DNA of 63,126 nt, filler included, from Octopus bimaculoides (lineage: Eukaryota), in the NCBI RefSeq assembly GCF_001194135.2. It is 5 parts of 4 records of this genome, joined end to end, with 100 filler letters (N's around TTAATTAATTAA, not from the genome) between each part and the next. Parts side by side here need not be neighbours in the genome. Positions count along the whole stretch, not along the records: positions 35,549 to 54,891 come from NC_068994.1; positions 54,992 to 59,104 come from NC_068982.1; positions 59,205 to 63,126 come from NC_068982.1; 2 more parts are not named here. The stretch is one strand, 5' to 3'. The notes beneath the pieces are model-generated. The model ran no database searches, was not told the origin of the DNA, and saw nothing but the letters and a program-made list of their open reading frames with translations. How positions within the stretch are numbered: position 1 is the first letter of the stretch; the number at the start of each line of letters is the position of its first letter. Of the stretch, positions 51,968 to 63,126 are shown piece by piece. Position numbers and translations under genes: made by a program.

Positions 51968-52265
51968 CTGGAATGTGTGAAACGGACTTGTGAGAAGCAT
52001 TTTTCGTGACCAAATCCTTCGTTATTTTAGAATCGTTTTTTAAAATCCCTTTGGTTTGCAGCATAAATTCCTCTACAGGCACATCAGATGTCCCGGGGAT
52101 CTCTGAGGAAAGATTAATGTATCCAGAAATTTGATAATCGACAAAATGTTTCTTCGGTGCTCTTTTCTTCGAGCCAGAGAGAAATCCGTTTACATCGATC
52201 GATGAAAACAACATAAAAAGAAGTAAACATTTTAGCGCAAAAAACAGAACAGTTCCACAAGACAT
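51968..52265 (-). CDS. Probable first coding exon of a secreted protein (signal peptide, basic KKR site)
   Basis: MSCGTVLFFALKCLLLFMLFSSIDVNG-FLSGSKKRAPKKHF...SHKSVSHIP: 99 codons plus 1 nt, ending at canonical CCAG|GTATGT; unique non-repetitive sequence. Confidence 0.55.
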
Positions 52266-52932
52266 GTTAAAAGTAAAACAAAACTATTTCGATGAGGATG
52301 GCATAAGAGTAATCCGTTTACAATCTCTCTTTGTCTTCCTATCTATTTTTGTTTCTTCCTTGGCAAATCCACATAATTAAACTTATGTTCAGTGAGCGTA
52401 TACCCACCTAATGATTTCCATGAGGTGACTGTTGGTCTGACAGCCAGATAGAGAAAGAAATAAAGTGATTGGTGGACGGGAAGAGCAACAGGGAAAGAAA
52501 GAAGGCGAAAGAGAGAGGAGGGAGAGAGAAGTCAAGTAGCCTAACATGCCTGCTCTTGTGTCATGATCAGTCTGTGTTATACCTGTATGACTTGACTTGT
52601 GTGCATATGTTTATAGGCCTTTGCGTTTATATGGGGGTGTTTGTTTATTGTGTTAAAAAATTTTGTTGCAATGTATTGAGACTGCGATTTTAAAATATCT
52701 AAGTTTTTGCGTGTGTGTTATGGTTTCAGGTTTCATTGTCTCAGAAATTATATATTTAATTATTTCAATCATTGTGAGTGCGGATCTATGTATAAACAAG
52801 TAGTTTTCGGTGTTTTGTCTTGGTGACACCCTGGAGATTAAATACGAAAAATTACTGGTGAAATTCACTGAAAAGTTTAAAAACCGTCTTTGACATTAAA
52901 AACAGAAAATTTTTGCATATTATTTAATAATC

Positions 52933-53090
52933 GGCGGAGGTAAAGAATACGTACACCACCCGTTTTCGGCGTAATGAAAACTCTAACTCTAACCCTAACT
53001 CTAACCCTAACTCTAACCCTAATCCTAACCCTAACCCTAACCCCTAACCCTAACTCTAAACACCGAGTGTATGTATTCTTTACTTTCGCC
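52933..53090. mobile_element. Telomeric-repeat MITE with perfect 8-bp TSD (Merlin-like)
   Basis: TIR GGCGGAGGTAAAGAATACGTACAC / GTGTATGTATTCTTTACTTTCGCC; about 13 CCCTAA/CTCTAA units; TSD TAATAATC at 52925-52932 and 53091-53098. Confidence 0.9.
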
Positions 53091-53249
53091 TAATAATCAA
53101 ACTTGCGGGAAATATAAGCTCATACTTTTTTTTCTCAGTTGAGACTCGTGTGCGATAAACAGACATTCAAATCTACAATGTATTTAATATCTCTTTCTCT
53201 CCCTCTTTTGTCAGTGCCTGTCTTAGTTGCCCTGGGCCTCGCGATATAG

Positions 53250-53462
53250 GAACCAATTCTAATTTGCGTATGCTGTGGCTTGTTGTCAACAAATAATATA
53301 GGGCCCATTGCATTTATTTGTCCGGGGGGCTCATGGGTCTAGCGACCCAATTCTAATCTGTGTATGCTGTGGCTTGCTATCATTAACTAAATAGTATTGG
53401 GTCCAATGCATTGATTTATCCGGGTGTAGGGAGATGCTTATAATGCTGCTAAGATGGCCCTG
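53250..53462 (+). repeat. Diverged tandem pair of about 95 bp ending in a hAT/Tip100-like TIR
   Basis: CCAATTCTAAT(T/C)TG(C/T)GTATGCTGTGGCTTG twice; TAATGCTGCTAAGATGGCCCTG end. Confidence 0.55.
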
Positions 53463-53817
53463 TATTTGATTTATTTTGGCATTTTGGCATTTAATGATGG
53501 TAGGAAGAACATAATATTCCACAAATATGTTGAAAATTGGATCAAAATAGACAAAGATTTTTCAGTGCTTTTTGATGAATATAAGAGATACCATCTCATA
53601 TTTGATCTTTAGTCCTTGATAACTGGGTGTAGGAACCAATTCTTCTTCAGATAATTATTTTCTTCATCAGATAATTTCAAACTATCATCAGCCAGTGGCC
53701 AGATCAATTTCAGAAAAGTAGCGCAAAATTAGGGGATTGTGTTTAACCTAAAATGTAAATTACCAGTGTATCGGTTCTAACTTATTTAATTTAATAATTT
53801 AATACGATATTCGATAT

Positions 53818-54243
53818 GGAGGTGGCAGAATTGTTAGCACGCCGAGCTAAATGCGTAGTGGCATTTCGTCTGACAATACTTTCTTTGTTCAAATTCCGCC
53901 GAGATTGGCTTTGCCTTTCATTTTAACTGGGTCGATAAAATAAGTACCAGGTGAAAACTGGGATCGATGTAATCAACTTGCCCGCCTTCTACAAACTTGC
54001 TGGTCTTGTGCCAAAATTTGAAATCAGTATGATATTTGATAGGAGGGCAGAGAGCTGGCAGAATCGTTAGCACGCCGGGTGAAATGCTTAAAGGCATTTC
54101 GTCCGTCTTTACGTTCTGAGGTCGACTTTACATTTTATCTTTTCGAGATCGATAAAACAAGTACCAGTTGAGAGTAAGGGTCAGTGTAATCGACTAACTC
54201 AATTTCCCAAACTTGCTGGTTTTGTACCCAAAGTTGAAACCAA
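53818..54243 (+). mobile_element. Two tandem family 3 SINEs
   Basis: Heads at about 53818 and 54043. Confidence 0.85.
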
Positions 54244-54384
54244 TATAATATTCGATAGAATTCTTACGTACAAAATAAAAACCTTAAAGCTACAAACTCA
54301 GACGATGCTACTATTTTGCACCAACGTGGGTAAGGTTCCGCCAGAAAACTACGAGAGCGAGCAAAGTTTATGTAAGAGATATCT

Positions 54385-54529
54385 TTTATCTTTTACTTGT
54401 TTCAGTCATTGGGACTACGGCCATGACGGACATCGCCTTGAGAGGTTCCTCCGAACAATCGAAGCTAGTACTCACTAGTTGTCAAGCAGTGATGGGGACA
54501 AACAGGAACACAGACACATACTCACACAC

Positions 54530-54571
<42 letters not shown>

Positions 54572-54593
54572 ACANNNNNNNNNNNNNNNNNNN

Positions 54594-54659
<66 letters not shown>

Positions 54660-54870
54660 CTTTCCTAGAAGAGCGTAGACTCGAAACGTCAGACACACAT
54701 ACACACACACACGCACGCACACGCGCACACACATACAACGGGCTTCTTTCAATTTCCATCTACCAAATCCACTCACAAGGCTTTGGTCAATCCGGATCTA
54801 TAGTAGAAGACACTTGCCCAATGTGCTATGCTGTAGAACTGAGCTCGGAACTGTGTAGCTAGGACGCCTA
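54385..54870 (-). mobile_element. Family 2 SINE with a Penelope-like tail fragment inside its microsatellite
   Basis: SINE 3' part 54385-54550 and head 54730-54870; GAAGAGCGTAGACTCGAAACGTC at 54668-54690. Confidence 0.75.
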
Positions 54871-54991
54871 CATCAGATTTTATATCATAAANNNNNNNNN
54901 NNNNNNNNNNNNNNNNNNNNNNNNNNNNNNNNNNNTTAATTAATTAANNNNNNNNNNNNNNNNNNNNNNNNNNNNNNNNNNNNNNNNNNNN

Positions 54992-55303
54992 TTATGTGAG
55001 ATGCAGTGGACGGTACCTTTGGCACCATGCAGTGGCGACCCGTGCGGGCATTCCTGTAGTACTTGATACCAAAGTTTGGCACCAGTCCTTCCAGTATTTT
55101 CCATATGTATATTATTACATATCTCTCCCGTCTGCGCTCCAGGGAGTAGAGACCTAGTGCCTTCAGTCGCTCCCTGTAGTTCATCTGTTGGACTGTGGCG
55201 ATCTTTTTTGTATAGTGCCGCTGAATTGCCTCGAGTTCTGCTGCCCGCTTAACACTATGTGGTGACCACAACTGAGAACAATAGTCTAGGCGGCTCAGAA
55301 CAA

Positions 55304-55305
<2 letters not shown>
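54992..55305 (-). mobile_element. CR1-group LINE ORF2 C-terminal fragment
   Basis: SRLDYCSQLWSP...LEAIQRHYTKKI...YRERLKALGLYSLERRRERYVIIYIWKILEGLVPN. Confidence 0.9.
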
Positions 55306-55339
<34 letters not shown>

Positions 55340-58300
55340 GAGGGGCAAACGATTTTAAGAAGTGTAAACAAAAACTGAATATGCCTGTCTTTTTGTTTGT
55401 TGTTTTTTTTTTGACTAACCAAGAAGATGGGAACATGACTTGAAGACGATACCGTGTTTCACAGTCACACCCAGCACTCACTGCTGCATATTTAAGAATA
55501 CCAACGGTGCTATAATTAGCAACAAAATGGGTACCGACAGCAACACCATTACCAACAAGAACAGCTGTAACAACTGCAATAATGACGACCATAGCAGCAG
55601 CGGAAACAATAGCATTTCAAGCAACAAACCTCTCAGAATTTGCAGCAGAAGTCAAGAAGTCATGCCACCAGAGGCTACTACGCTACTACCAGTGTTACAG
55701 AATGTAACAGCACAAACAATATCCTTACCTCGACCGGCATAACCACCACTCCACTAATAAAGGCAGTGCCAACGACGAGAATAATAACAACAGCAGTAGC
55801 AGTGAAAAGAGTAAATTTTAAATTCTTTCTCTTTTTTAAAGATTAACAGCGTGACAGAATTTGATTCACTTGACGAAAAGCATCAATAATTAGAAGAGTC
55901 AAATAAAGTCATCAGCAGACTGCGATATGCAGAAGTTATGCTCAACATACTGCAATACCTTTTAGTTAAAATAGAAAGGAAAATAATTCTGTACAGATTT
56001 TTGTCTACCAAATAACATAAATTAGAGCGTATACCTTCGGATGAAGCTAACATCTGTTTAAAAATAACCTTTCGTCAGACATTAATTTTATGGGACACAC
56101 CCATAAGTTTGATTATATTTGTGTTTTTTTCTAGTTGGAATCTCTCGCAGACAAGCAGTCCAACGTTTCACAAAAAGCTGAAAATTTTACCATTATACTT
56201 AATCTACCAGAATTACACTTGGGTATGAAATTGGTGGATTTGGAAGATGATTGCACGCTGCTAAAAATATAAAGATTACGGAGGGAAAATCAAGTTGGAA
56301 TGCTGTTTAGAACTCTGATTTAAATAAAACCCGAGACATTGCCCAAATACCTCAGCATATTAGAGATACCAGGAGGACAGCAACTGCAGATGGTGGTAGA
56401 AGGTAAAAGGCATCGATGGTACGTCTGGGAAAACAGTAATCACTTCAAGGCTTTCTGCCTCGGCATCATCAGAAAATAACAAATGAATGAAAGCCTCTAC
56501 AAGTGCCAATACTATTACATCAACAACAGCAACCAGAGCACGAACGGCTACAAGAACTGAAGAAACAGCATGCAACCACAGCAATATTTGAATGCAACAC
56601 TCGATAAAAGATGGGAAGCAGCACATACAATAACAGCAACAAAAACGGAAGATACACTACTAACGAGAGCTATCACACCAGGCTACAGCAAAAGAAATAG
56701 CAACACCAACACAGCGACAAATATATCAACAGCAGAACGAAACTACAGCAGCTTCCTGCCTCACTCTACATAGACATGTGTTGTAGCAAAGGCTACGCGC
56801 GGAACTTAAATGGCGAAGAGTGACTAAGCAAGGGAGAGGAAAGGAAACAAAACACAAAAGTAAAATATGCCGGATTTGAATAACTAATGGAAATGTTCTT
56901 GAACAATACCGCTCCGTCAGCACCCCCTAAAACAGTTGCACCGGTATTGTCAACGGAATTATTTAAGTAACCATAACTACCTGTATGGTAACTGCCATCA
57001 TTTGAAACACAAGGACGAACTAATGCATCTCCAACACCAACAAAAGAAGCATTATATACAATACTAACATTATATTAACTACTAGCATTCTCGACAGTAA
57101 AATGATTCAAAAAGCACAAATCAGAAGTAACATTGTAAAAAGTAAATGCTTCAACGGCGTAGGAGACTTCAGGGGAAACAAAACCAATAGAAAGTATTAA
57201 AAAAGTGCTCGTGAAAACATTTATATTTATCTCTCCATATGGATTAGTTGAGCAGGCTGTTTTCATCTTCTGCTTCTCTTCTAACATGAACTTACGCGGA
57301 ATAGCTGCACGTGATTGCGAGATGAAGTGACTGTATTGTATTGTAAGGATGTAGATCTTGTAATAAAGACAACCTTCATGGACCTAGAACATTATTTGGG
57401 TCCTAGATGTGAGCAGCAGCAAAGGAGATACTGTCTAAGCCTCGTCGGGAATCACATTTGAATTCATGCTGGAATCCTCGTGGGTGAGTTTTTTTCTAAA
57501 TTTTTCTTTCTTTTGCTGTTTCAATCTCTGAAATTCTAATGATTCTTTTACAGATGAATCCGGGTTTCCGTTGAAAAATTTTCACAACTTATTAACCGGG
57601 GAAAGGGCGTTCCGCAAAATTTTCTTATAAATATATTCTAATCAATTCTTTTTTCTCACGGTGGCCAGCACAGGTTTAGGTACAGGAGTGGTTTTTAAGA
57701 GAAAATGAGTCATTAAAATTCACTACGCACTTGCCTCATGCGTATATGAACTTAGCAATGGTAGTCCAACAGCAAGTCTTCATGTAAGGCGATAACTATT
57801 CCCCTTCAAAAGAGCAAAGAGTCTAAAAACAAGAAAACCTAAACACTAACAAGAACAACGACAATAACAGCCTCAAGACGACTAACATTAGGATGAACCC
57901 CGATAACTCCAGGAAATATATTATCAAAACCAACAACAATATTAAAATAATCAGTAGTTGCGGTAACGATAACAACAAAGGCGCCAACAGCAGCATCAAC
58001 ACCCGCGGCAACAGCAGTAAAAGCAGCAGCAGCAACAACAGCAGCAATGTAAACACAACAGCAGCAGTGGCCACTACCACCTTCGCATTGTCAAACAAGA
58101 ACAAAGACAATAACAACGAAAACTACAGTAATATAATGTCTAATGACAGCATAAACAGCATTAACGACAACAAATCACTGATCAATGGATTTCGAATTCT
58201 CTGGAAGGTAAAGCGGACACTATTTAAAATCATAAAAACGATATTGTTCGCCCTGGAGTTATGTCTCTCTCAAGATAGGATATGTGATTTTAAAAATGTA

Positions 58301-58444
58301 GCATAATTTACGCGAGCATTAACTGCATAGAAAAAAAAGTCACAATATACTTTTCGTCGAAAAATCGAGGCAAGCAACATGAAACTGTCGTAGCTATTTA
58401 CAACAGCATCAACGAACTCGTATGATGACTATATCAACCTATAC

Positions 58445-58570
58445 TTTTCAGCATTTTGTGATGATACTCGTATCTATGGGGTGTCTTTATAAAATCAGGA
58501 TCCCAAGTGTACTTCTCAGAGAGACCAGGCTAGATTAATAGTCATTTTAGAAGAGCAGCCCAAGATTTAG
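58445..58570 (+). mobile_element. Possible degenerate LINE RT core fragment
   Basis: FCDDTRIY...SQRDQARL resembles FADDT.IY...LQ.DL.RL; one in-frame stop. Confidence 0.25.
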
Positions 58571-58879
58571 TTGCCCCAGAAACGTAACTGGTATTCCAGA
58601 ATTCGGTTTCGGTGGCTGCGAGCAGATGCAGGTGGTCGAAGATGGCAGAAAACCTATGTGTTATATCGTTGACAAAACAGATTATCTCAAGACATCGTCC
58701 ACTGACGGCTTTTGCCTTCTTGTTTCAGCGCACGCTACCTGACTCGAACAACGCATCCTACATGATTCTCTTTGAATAAATAGTGAAAGTTCATTCTCGC
58801 CGTTAGCACGACACTACTTCGCTAAACTGTTTTCGAGGAGCATTTTTCATGAGATAGCGGACTCTGAGATCTTGCTATT

Positions 58880-59041
58880 TATCTTGAGATGAGGTCACTA
58901 TGTCACGCACATATGGTTGTGATGCATGTGCCTGATGGTTCGTTTATCAGACGGGTAGTCATGATGGGTATACTGGACTTCGTATATTTTACCCCAGTGT
59001 CACTTTGATGGCATGCACTACTCTCTCACTCACTCACTCAC

Positions 59042-59104
<63 letters not shown>
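58880..59104 (+). mobile_element. 3' end of a retroposon with (AAT)n tail
   Basis: CAGACGGGTAGTCATGATGGG...CACTTTGATGGCATGCACT then a long (AAT)n; family not identified. Confidence 0.5.
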
Positions 59105-60567
59105 NNNNNNNNNNNNNNNNNNNNNNNNNNNNNNNNNNNNNNNNNNNNTTAATTAATTAANNNNNNNNNNNNNNNNNNNNNNNNNNNNNNNNNNNNNNNN
59201 NNNNATATATACATAAACATATAATATACTTAAATATATGTATACAAAAATGCATGCATATGAAGAAATATTCCTAGATTCCATGGTTTGCTATTATGAA
59301 ACGCAAATTAGGAGAAAGTATTCATTACAGATATACCACGAAGTATATTTTGTGTGAAGTATAATGATATGATGCCAAATTTACTGACAGTCAATAAACT
59401 TTACACAAATTAGATTTTACCATTACAGGTATGTGATTTCAAAGCTTTAACAATGCTACCTCAGAAATAATGATGATGCTACGATCTAAATAATTTCAAA
59501 TCTTCCAATGCTATTTCAGATAAACACACATAGTTTTCTGTACTTTCAGGCTATTATTTGCAGGTTTTGTGTTTAGATATATCACATAGCAACACTTTAA
59601 ATGTTAATGAAAATGTGCAAGCATGCATGCCTTCATCTATCTCTTATATACATACAAACATATATGCAGCTATAAAGTTACATTCTCGTCGACTTGTATA
59701 TCATTGTTGGCACTTTAATATTCTTGTCGCCGGTATTATGTTGTGGCGGTATTACGCGTCTTATTATATTAAACTCGTCTATCATGTTATTGTTGTTACC
59801 TTCGCAAGACAATGACATTGAAACGTCTACCTTGACGATAACTCGAATTCGTACGTAAGTGACACTGACTCGAACTGAGAACTCGTAGATCGACTCTAAT
59901 ATAACTGACCTCCTACAACAACTGACTGTTTTAATGTATGTGTTGTAGTAACATGGTACCCCTCTTCACATTTTGTCACGTAAGAAGGGAGTACTATTTT
60001 CACTAAAACACATACATGCATATACGTATAAGTAATGATTAAAGAATTTCGTTCCGACTCATGCAGTTCTGAGATCAAACCACACCGAGATGAACTGTGC
60101 CTTTCTTACTTCCTGGATTGTTGAATTACAATACCACTAAAGGATTGGATCGATGGTATCGAATATTCCAACTCGTAAGATTGCCAAGCCCAAACAGGTC
60201 TACTTCAATGGATATCTCTGCACGGATCCCAGACCAAACTTCCCAAAAACAGAAAAATAGTATTCAGCCTAAACATCGACATTTGCGCCAGTAACAAACA
60301 ACCCAGCTTCAAACGTTTTCCCCTCTATCAATTCAGGGACGATACAGCGTGTACTCAGCGCATTAATAAAATGTCATTCTTTCATCACAAAATATAAACC
60401 CCTTTTAAATGCATCCATCATAAATGAGTTTATCACAAAGGCCTTAGAGTAACACAACCGCAAATATTAAAAACGATATATTCAAAAGAGTTACTTGACA
60501 TAAATTTATTCAGAACACTTCCGGTAACTACTATTCCAACCACAGCGGGTCAATCTATCTATCTAAC

Positions 60568-60600
<33 letters not shown>

Positions 60601-61349
60601 NNNNNNNNNNNNNNNNNNNNNNNNNNNNNNNNNNNNNNNNNNNNNNNNNNNNNNNNNNNNNNNNNNNNNNNNNNNNNNNNNNNNNNNNNNNNNNNNNNNN
60701 NNNNNNNNNNNNNNNNNNNNNNNNNNNNNNNNNNNNNNNNNNNNNNNNNNNNNNNNNNNNNNNNNNNNNNNNNNNNNNNNNNNNNNNNNNNNNNNNNNNN
60801 NNNNNNNNNNNNNNNNNNNNNNNNNNNNNNNNNNNNNNNNNNNNNNNNNNNNNNNNNNNNNNNNNNNNNNNNNNNNNNNNNNNNNNNNNNNNNNNNNNNN
60901 NNNNNNNNNNNNNNNNNNNNNNNNNNNNNNNNNNNNNNNNNNNNNNNNNNNNNNNNNNNNNNNNNNNNNNNNNNNNNNNNNNNNNNNNNNNNNNNNNNNN
61001 NNNNNNNNNNNNNNNNNNNNNNNNNNNNNNNNNNNNNNNNNNNNNNNNNNNNNNNNNNNNNNNNNNNNNNNNNNNNNNNNNNNNNNNNNNNNNNNNNNNN
61101 NNNNNNNNNNNNNNNNNNNNNNNNNNNNNNNNNNNNNNNNNNNNNNNNNNNNNNNNNNNNNNNNNNNNNNNNNNNNNNNNNNNNNNNNNNNNNNNNNNNN
61201 NNNNNNNNNNNNNNNNNNNNNNNNNNNNNNNNNNNNNNNNNNNNNNNNNNNNNNNNNNNNNNNNNNNNNNNNNNNNNNNNNNNNNNNNNNNNNNNNNNNN
61301 NNNNNNNNNNNNNNNNNNNNNNNNNNNNNNNNNNNNNNNNNNNNNNNNN

Positions 61350-61855
61350 NNNNNAGTTGTGTACGGGGGGTGATTTAATCGAAGGCCCCTCCCCCAAACT
61401 TTATCGCCTTTTGCTCAGAGTAGAAAAGATTATTCTTCAAGTGGAAGGCGGCGAGCTGGCAGAAACTTTAGCACGCCGGGCGAAATGCTTAGCAGTATTT
61501 CGCCTGTTTTTACGTTCTGCGTTCAAATTTCGCCGAGGTCGACTTTGCCTTTCATCATTTCGGGGTCGATAAATTAACTACCAGTTACGCACTGAGATCG
61601 ATTAAATCGACTTAATCCCTTTTTCCGTCCTTGTTTGTCTCCTCTCTGTGTAGCCCATTGTGGGCAGTAAAGAAATAAGAAACGTTAGCACACCGCAGTC
61701 TTTACGTTCTGGGGTTAAATTCTACTGAGATCGACTTTGCTTTTCTTCCTTTCAAGGCTCGATAAATTAAGTACCAGTTGCATACTGGGGTCGATCTAAT
61801 TGACAAGCCTCTCCTACTAAATTTCGGGCCTTGTTTCTAGATAGAAAATATTATT
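61350..61855 (+). mobile_element. Array of three family 3 SINEs
   Basis: 3' fragment, full copy from about 61446 with a variant tail, and a third copy from about 61680. Confidence 0.85.
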
Positions 61856-62844
61856 AATAGTAAGATGTACGAATGTTATTTGAAATTATGTCACGCAAAT
61901 GAAGTGAAAGAAAATTAGCTATTTATATATAATGGAGGTTCAATTTCTGACGATGATAGCTTACGAAACCTGTGATGAATGTTTTAAATATATTTTCTAT
62001 ATATATTATTTCGAAAATTGTTACTCAGTTGATGATATGCATGCAGGCATCGCTTTAACAAAAAATAATTTGGCTACACATATCCAATCAACAACTTTTG
62101 CATGAAGACTAATATGAACTTAAAAATAGTCATATAATAGCCAAAAATTGAATAAGCCAAAAAAACAAGCACTGCTTTCCGACACCAATGTAAGCGATCT
62201 ACTTGAGGTCACCTGATGAGTTTCAACAATTCTTGTAAGACAAACCACTAAAGACTAACAGTCTGTTGCATATATACGTCGTGCATTGCTCTGCAAATAT
62301 AATTATAACACTCGTGTTAATACGCATAGTGTAATGCGTATAAACAATCTATTATTAAAATTATCTAAGCTGACTTTCTACTGCTACATTATAAGATTTA
62401 CTTTCGTCCTTACTTTCTTCTTTATCTCTGTATTTTAATTCTAGTGTTAATACTATCTTTTATCCTATGGGTCTATACAGTTTAACCGTTCATAAATATA
62501 TATTTATATTTACAACAAATAACCACATCTAAATTTTAAATATTTTGCAGATGAAATGCTCTCGAAGTTTATCGTTTAAATATATTTGAGTATGTCATGA
62601 TACGCAAGTATATGCATGAGAATACATACATAAAACAAAACATACACAATTCTGCAAATATGTATTCATACGTAGAAACAAATATACCCTGTTGATAATG
62701 TTGAAATTTCGATGAAGGAGCATTGAATCTAGGTTAACAACCTGCCCTTTTTCTCTTGGCAAGAAATCTTGAAATAGAACTGAACAATGATATACATACA
62801 TACATATTTATATGCACATACATACATATATACACACACAACAC

Positions 62845-62853
62845 GCGCGCGCG

Positions 62854-62916
<63 letters not shown>

Positions 62917-62943
62917 ATATATATATATATATACCTACCTATC

Positions 62944-62974
<31 letters not shown>

Positions 62975-62990
62975 CTATCTCTGTCTATCT
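62845..62990. repeat. (TATC)n microsatellite
   Basis: Directly visible. Confidence 0.95.
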
Positions 62991-63126
62991 GATCTGGACG
63001 GATGCTAGTCGCATCGGCTCGCAAGTAAGTTGGCCTTTTATATGTCAAAAATTTTGCAGTTTTAAAATATTTTTTGTGGAAGAGGTGTATAAGTCTATAC
63101 ACTTCGACCCTATTGGGTTTTTGTAA

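Noticed and set aside
52931-53094. Helitron reading of the telomeric MITE (TC...CTAA between A and T)
   Set aside because: A perfect 8-bp TSD and terminal inverted repeats explain it better as a cut-and-paste element.
55440-58140. Thr/Ser/Ala/Asn-rich, mucin-like stretches
   Set aside because: Degenerate ACA/GCA trinucleotide repeats with frequent stops in all frames.
62680-62790. Minus-strand snippets resembling SDR (GQVVNLDSM) or GST (SISRFLAK) motifs
   Set aside because: Two different frames give equally weak matches and no supporting exons were found.

Overview
AT-rich eukaryotic genomic DNA, packed with microsatellites and interspersed repeats. The SINE families and repeat style point to an octopus or related cephalopod (inference). 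Four artificial 100-bp joins (44 N + TTAATTAATTAA + 44 N) and many N gaps break the window, so continuity across them is not assured. No complete host gene is visible. The best host candidate is a minus-strand first coding exon encoding a signal peptide (51968-52265). There is also a tandem pair of diverged, frameshifted paralogous exon-like blocks (about 957-1250 and 2671-2928) and a housekeeping-type promoter motif cluster (about 43170-43325). Mobile-element relics include Tx1/L1, Dong/R4, I/Jockey-like, CR1-group and RTE LINE fragments, Penelope-like fragments, a Gypsy-like LTR with PBS, Tc1, mariner, hAT/Tip100, hAT MITEs and three tRNA-derived SINE families. Two signals stand out. First, a near-intact minimal hammerhead ribozyme (3305-3347) sits in the middle of a permuted inverted duplication, with about 8 degenerate Penelope-type hammerhead motifs elsewhere. 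Second, three Merlin-like MITEs carry telomeric (TTAGGG/CCCTAA)n cores, two of them with perfect 8-bp TSDs. Coordinates were read by eye and repeat boundaries are approximate.
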